Assembly (NCBI RefSeq): GCF_902713615.1
Contig: NC_052170.1
Coordinates: 12,696,744-12,760,743, forward strand
From: Scyliorhinus canicula
Taxonomy: Eukaryota
Reading direction: 5' to 3'
Length of the DNA stretch: 64,000 nt
Made by a program: the position numbers and the translations under genes. A model generated the notes under the pieces. That model had not been told where the DNA came from and ran no database searches. It saw only the letters and a list, made by a program, of their open reading frames with translations. Numbering within the stretch: position 1 is the first letter of the stretch; each line of letters starts with the position of its first letter. Below are positions 60,857 to 64,000 of the stretch, piece by piece.

Positions 60857-61439
60857 AGCAGAAAAGTCCATTTTAAAAATAAGAAATATGGACAGAGTTG
60901 GGTTTATGCTCCATGCTAGACGAACCCAACAATATATTGAAAGTTACAATTGAATCGCCTTTTGCCAATGAACTTAAATCTCTCTCCACTGGAAAGGATT
61001 TTGCCTTGTTTAGTCTACCATAACCTTTCATCATGGGAACTGTTTGACTTTACAATAGGTCTCTCGAAAGATTCAAACACATCCATTGAGAAGGGACTAA
61101 TGAGAGACTGTCACACTACACCCCCACTCTACTCTTGAAAGGGTGTAGTCAGAAATGTCACCGTTAGCCTGAATCATTCCTCCTTTAATCTCAGGTCCTG
61201 TGCAGCTGATACTGATTCCTTAACTCCCATAAGACTTCGGAGCAGAAGGAGGCCATTCTGCCATTCGAGTCTGACAATAAGCGATTTTCATTTCATTTCA
61301 TTTCAACCTCTCCCAGAGACGGGAAGGTGATCAAGGGTCCGCCATCACCACCCAGGGCCTGCGTCTTTCTGTTGGCATCACTGACAAGACCAGCATTTGT
61401 TGCTAAGTGCCCCAGAAGAACCCCAAATGCCCTTTGAAC

Positions 61440-61940
61440 TGAGTGGTTTGCGAGAACAGTTAAGAGTCAACCCCATTACCAGAGTATTGAAAACCAGGGG
61501 TGGCGCTGAGTCCAGAGGTGGCAATTTTTGGGGTGTCGGAAGACCTGGGAATCCAGGAGGAGGCAGATGTTCTGGCCTTTGCTTCCCTGGTAGCCCGGAG
61601 ACGGATATTGCTAGCTTGGAGGGACTCGAAGCCCCCAAAGTCGGAGACCTGGCTATCGGACATGGCGAGCTTTCTTGGCCTAGGGAAGATTAAGTTTGCC
61701 TTGAGAGGGTCGTTGTTAGGGTTCGCCCGGAGGTAGCAACCATTCATTGACTTCTTCGCGGAGAATTAATCGTCAGCGGGGTGGGGGGGTTAGGGTACCA
61801 TAGAATAGGGGGTCAAATAGGCGGGTCTTGGAGGGATGGGAGTCGGTGATTGCACTATGTTTGTTGCTCTGTGTACATTGATTTTATCTGGTGGTGTTTG
61901 CAATGCCAAAAATACCTCATTAAAATTGTTTTTTTTAAAA
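61440..61940 (+). mobile_element. L1-clade LINE 3' end
   Basis: ALSPEVAIFGVSED..VLAFASLVARRRILLAWRD..KIKFALRGS. Confidence 0.8.
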
Positions 61941-62092
61941 AGTCAACACAATTGTTGTGGATCTGGAGTCACATGTAGGTGTAAGCATGGCAGATTTCAG
62001 ACACTGGCTGGAAGTCACCCCAGTGCATCCTTTCATTTTATTAATATTTTCCTTACCTTTCAACCACCTTTTCCCCTTCTGTATTGTTTGGC

Positions 62093-62119
62093 TGTGTGTG
62101 TGTGTGTGTGTGTGTGTGT
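62093..62119. repeat. (TG)n microsatellite
   Basis: About 13 TG units. Confidence 0.95.
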
Positions 62120-62869
62120 ATAGAGAACAGAGGTAGTTGGAAAGACAGTATTGGGAAAGAGGTGTTAGATAGTCAGTTGCATTTTCTGTCAGTTTAATTA
62201 TAATACTGTACATAATAAAAGGCTCCTTGTGTTAAAATTACAAACCTAGTGACTGTAATTTATAGGGTTCAACCACGGACCGCAGGTATTTTAAGTAAAA
62301 TCAAATTAAAATCTGGAATTTAAAGTCTAACGGTGACCATGAAACCATTGTCCATTGATGTAAAAACCCATCTGGTTAATGTAAGCCTACTTGTGACAAT
62401 AAAGATTATAATGCATCCTCCCCGTGTGTGCGTGGGTTTCCTCCGGGTACTCCGGTTTCCTCCCACAGTCCAAAGATGTGCAGGTTGGGTGGATTGGCCA
62501 TGAAAAATTGCCCTTAGTGTCCAAAATTCTATGATTAACCTAGGACAAAATTTCGGCACAACATCGTGGGCCGAAGGGCCTGTTCTGTGCTGTATTTCTC
62601 TATCTCCAATGCCCTTTAGGGAAGGAAATCTGCCGTCCTTAACCTGGTCTGGCCTACATGCGACTCCAGATCCACAGCGATGTGGTTGACGCTTAAATTG
62701 CCTCGGGGTGGGCAATAAATGATGACCCTGTCAGCGCCCACATCCCATGAATGAATAAAAACATTTTTTTTTAAAACTTGTGTTGTGACTCTGGGTCAAG
62801 TGGGTCTGGAATTGACTGCACACCGAAGCAGATTGTTGTGACATTATCGAGAGAGAGAATATTACAGAC

Positions 62870-62932
62870 CTGTTCATTTATAATTTTGGTGGCTGTTGGG
62901 GCCTTCGCAGCTAGCTTCAAAGCTGTTCTTTC
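62870..62932 (-). CDS. Tctex-1 family gene, penultimate coding exon
   Basis: Branch point ctaac plus acceptor tttttacattgacag, donor CAG|GTCTGT; 63 nt, phase 0-0; ERTALKLAAKAPTATKIINEQ joins in frame to VPAFSSKPPQKF. Confidence 0.7.
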
Positions 62933-63023
62933 CTGTCAATGTAAAAACACCAATAAAGGTTAGTTTCGGGCTTTGGCAGCGAATTTGGAATTCTTTAACA
63001 TCAAATGTGCATCTTCGTGTCAC

Positions 63024-63137
63024 CTTCAAATTCTTTGTCAGTCTCCTAGCAGCAAGAATCCCACCGAAGGTGAAGGAGGGAAGATGCGCCTCTCTTAAAA
63101 TGTTCCCCAAGGAGGTTCTTCCTTTCTCTGCTCCAAG
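63024..63137 (-). CDS. Tctex-1 family gene, upstream coding exon
   Basis: Acceptor aatattctttcacag, weaker donor AAG|GTGACA; 114 nt, phase 0-0; LGAEKGRTSLGNILREAHLPSFTFGGILAARRLTKNLK; a 91-nt intron separates it from the next exon. Confidence 0.62.
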
Positions 63138-63324
63138 CTGTGAAAGAATATTGGAGTTTAATTAACGAGGTTCATCCCGGGTTTCTTACGAGGGGAGGTT
63201 GAGCCTGTACTCATTGGAGTTTACAAGAATGAGAGGGGACCTTCTAATAATAATAATCTTAATTATTGTCACAAGTAGGCTTAACACTGCAATGAAGTTA
63301 CTGTGAAAAGCCCTTAGTCGCCAC

Positions 63325-63810
63325 GGGCGGGATTCTCTGATCCTGAGGCTAAATGTTGACGCCGCTCCAGCTGCCGATCCCGGCGTCAGATGGGCGGCGC
63401 AGGTCCGCGCACGCGCAGTGGCTCCCTTCTCCGTGCCTGCCCCGACGCAACATGGCGTCGGGCTACAGGGGCCGGCGCGGAACAAAAGCAGCCCCCAGCC
63501 CGAGAGGCCAGCCCGCCGATCGGTAAGCCCCGATCGAGGGCCAGGCCACAGCGTAGCCCCCCACTGGGGTCGGAGGACCCCCCCCCACCAGGCCGCCCCC
63601 AGATGCATGCACGCCAAGGTCCCGCCGGGTAAGACCAGGTGTGAATGGCATCTTATGGGAGTTAAGGAATTAGTCTCAGCTGCACTGGATTTTTTGCGTG
63701 GCCGCTTGGCCCATCCCAGGTGGAAAATTGCCGAGGGGTGGCCGCATAGAGTGGCCCCCGACCGGTGCCGTACTGGCACCAATTCTGCTCTCCGGTGAAC
63801 CGGCGGACCG
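63325..63810. mobile_element. Related GC-rich MITE, partial
   Basis: Left TIR GGGCGGGATTCTC inserted into a SINE tail; shares internal motifs with the other copies; right end unclear. Confidence 0.55.
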
Positions 63811-64000
63811 GCACGGGGCACCCTTTCAGGAACAATCTGAAAATCCTTCTGTCTTGTCAGACTCAAAACTTATAGCAAACTGCCAACAGCGACAGTCAGA
63901 CTTGGCTCCTCCCATTAATTGCATCATCTGCATCCCACTAAGATGTCCCATGACTTGCTTAGCTAGGACTAAACACAATCCCTCAAATTATCTCCAACCA

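Overview
This is vertebrate genomic DNA from a cartilaginous fish. The HE1/V-SINE-type and CR1 repeat content suggests a catshark-like shark (inference). Most of the window is transposon-derived: three tRNA-head SINE types, CR1, L1, Tx1, RTE and Penelope-like fragments, Gypsy internal fragments and solo LTRs, and hAT and PIF/Harbinger-like MITEs. Nearly all ORFs in the supplied track come from these repeats. Two real, convergent, spliced genes can be assembled by hand from splice sites and reading phase. (1) On the + strand, 20936-40600, is a type I membrane immunoglobulin-superfamily receptor: V-set, C1-set, C2/I-set, TM and three small cytoplasmic exons carrying YETL and YAN tyrosine motifs. 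It has an unusually long V-domain BC loop and a C1 domain missing its canonical B-strand cysteine. The leader exon was not confidently found. (2) On the - strand, 63137 to 54668, is a Tctex-1-domain dynein light chain gene (DYNLT4/DYNLT5-like) with three coding exons visible and its start outside the window or unidentified. Six bases after the receptor stop codon begins a ~1.45 kb array of ~55 copies of a 26-bp unit, essentially every copy containing a near-consensus 5' splice site (AAG|GTAAGC). No CRISPR array, rRNA or bona fide tRNA gene is supported. Repeat coordinates are hand-read and approximate unless a TSD is quoted.
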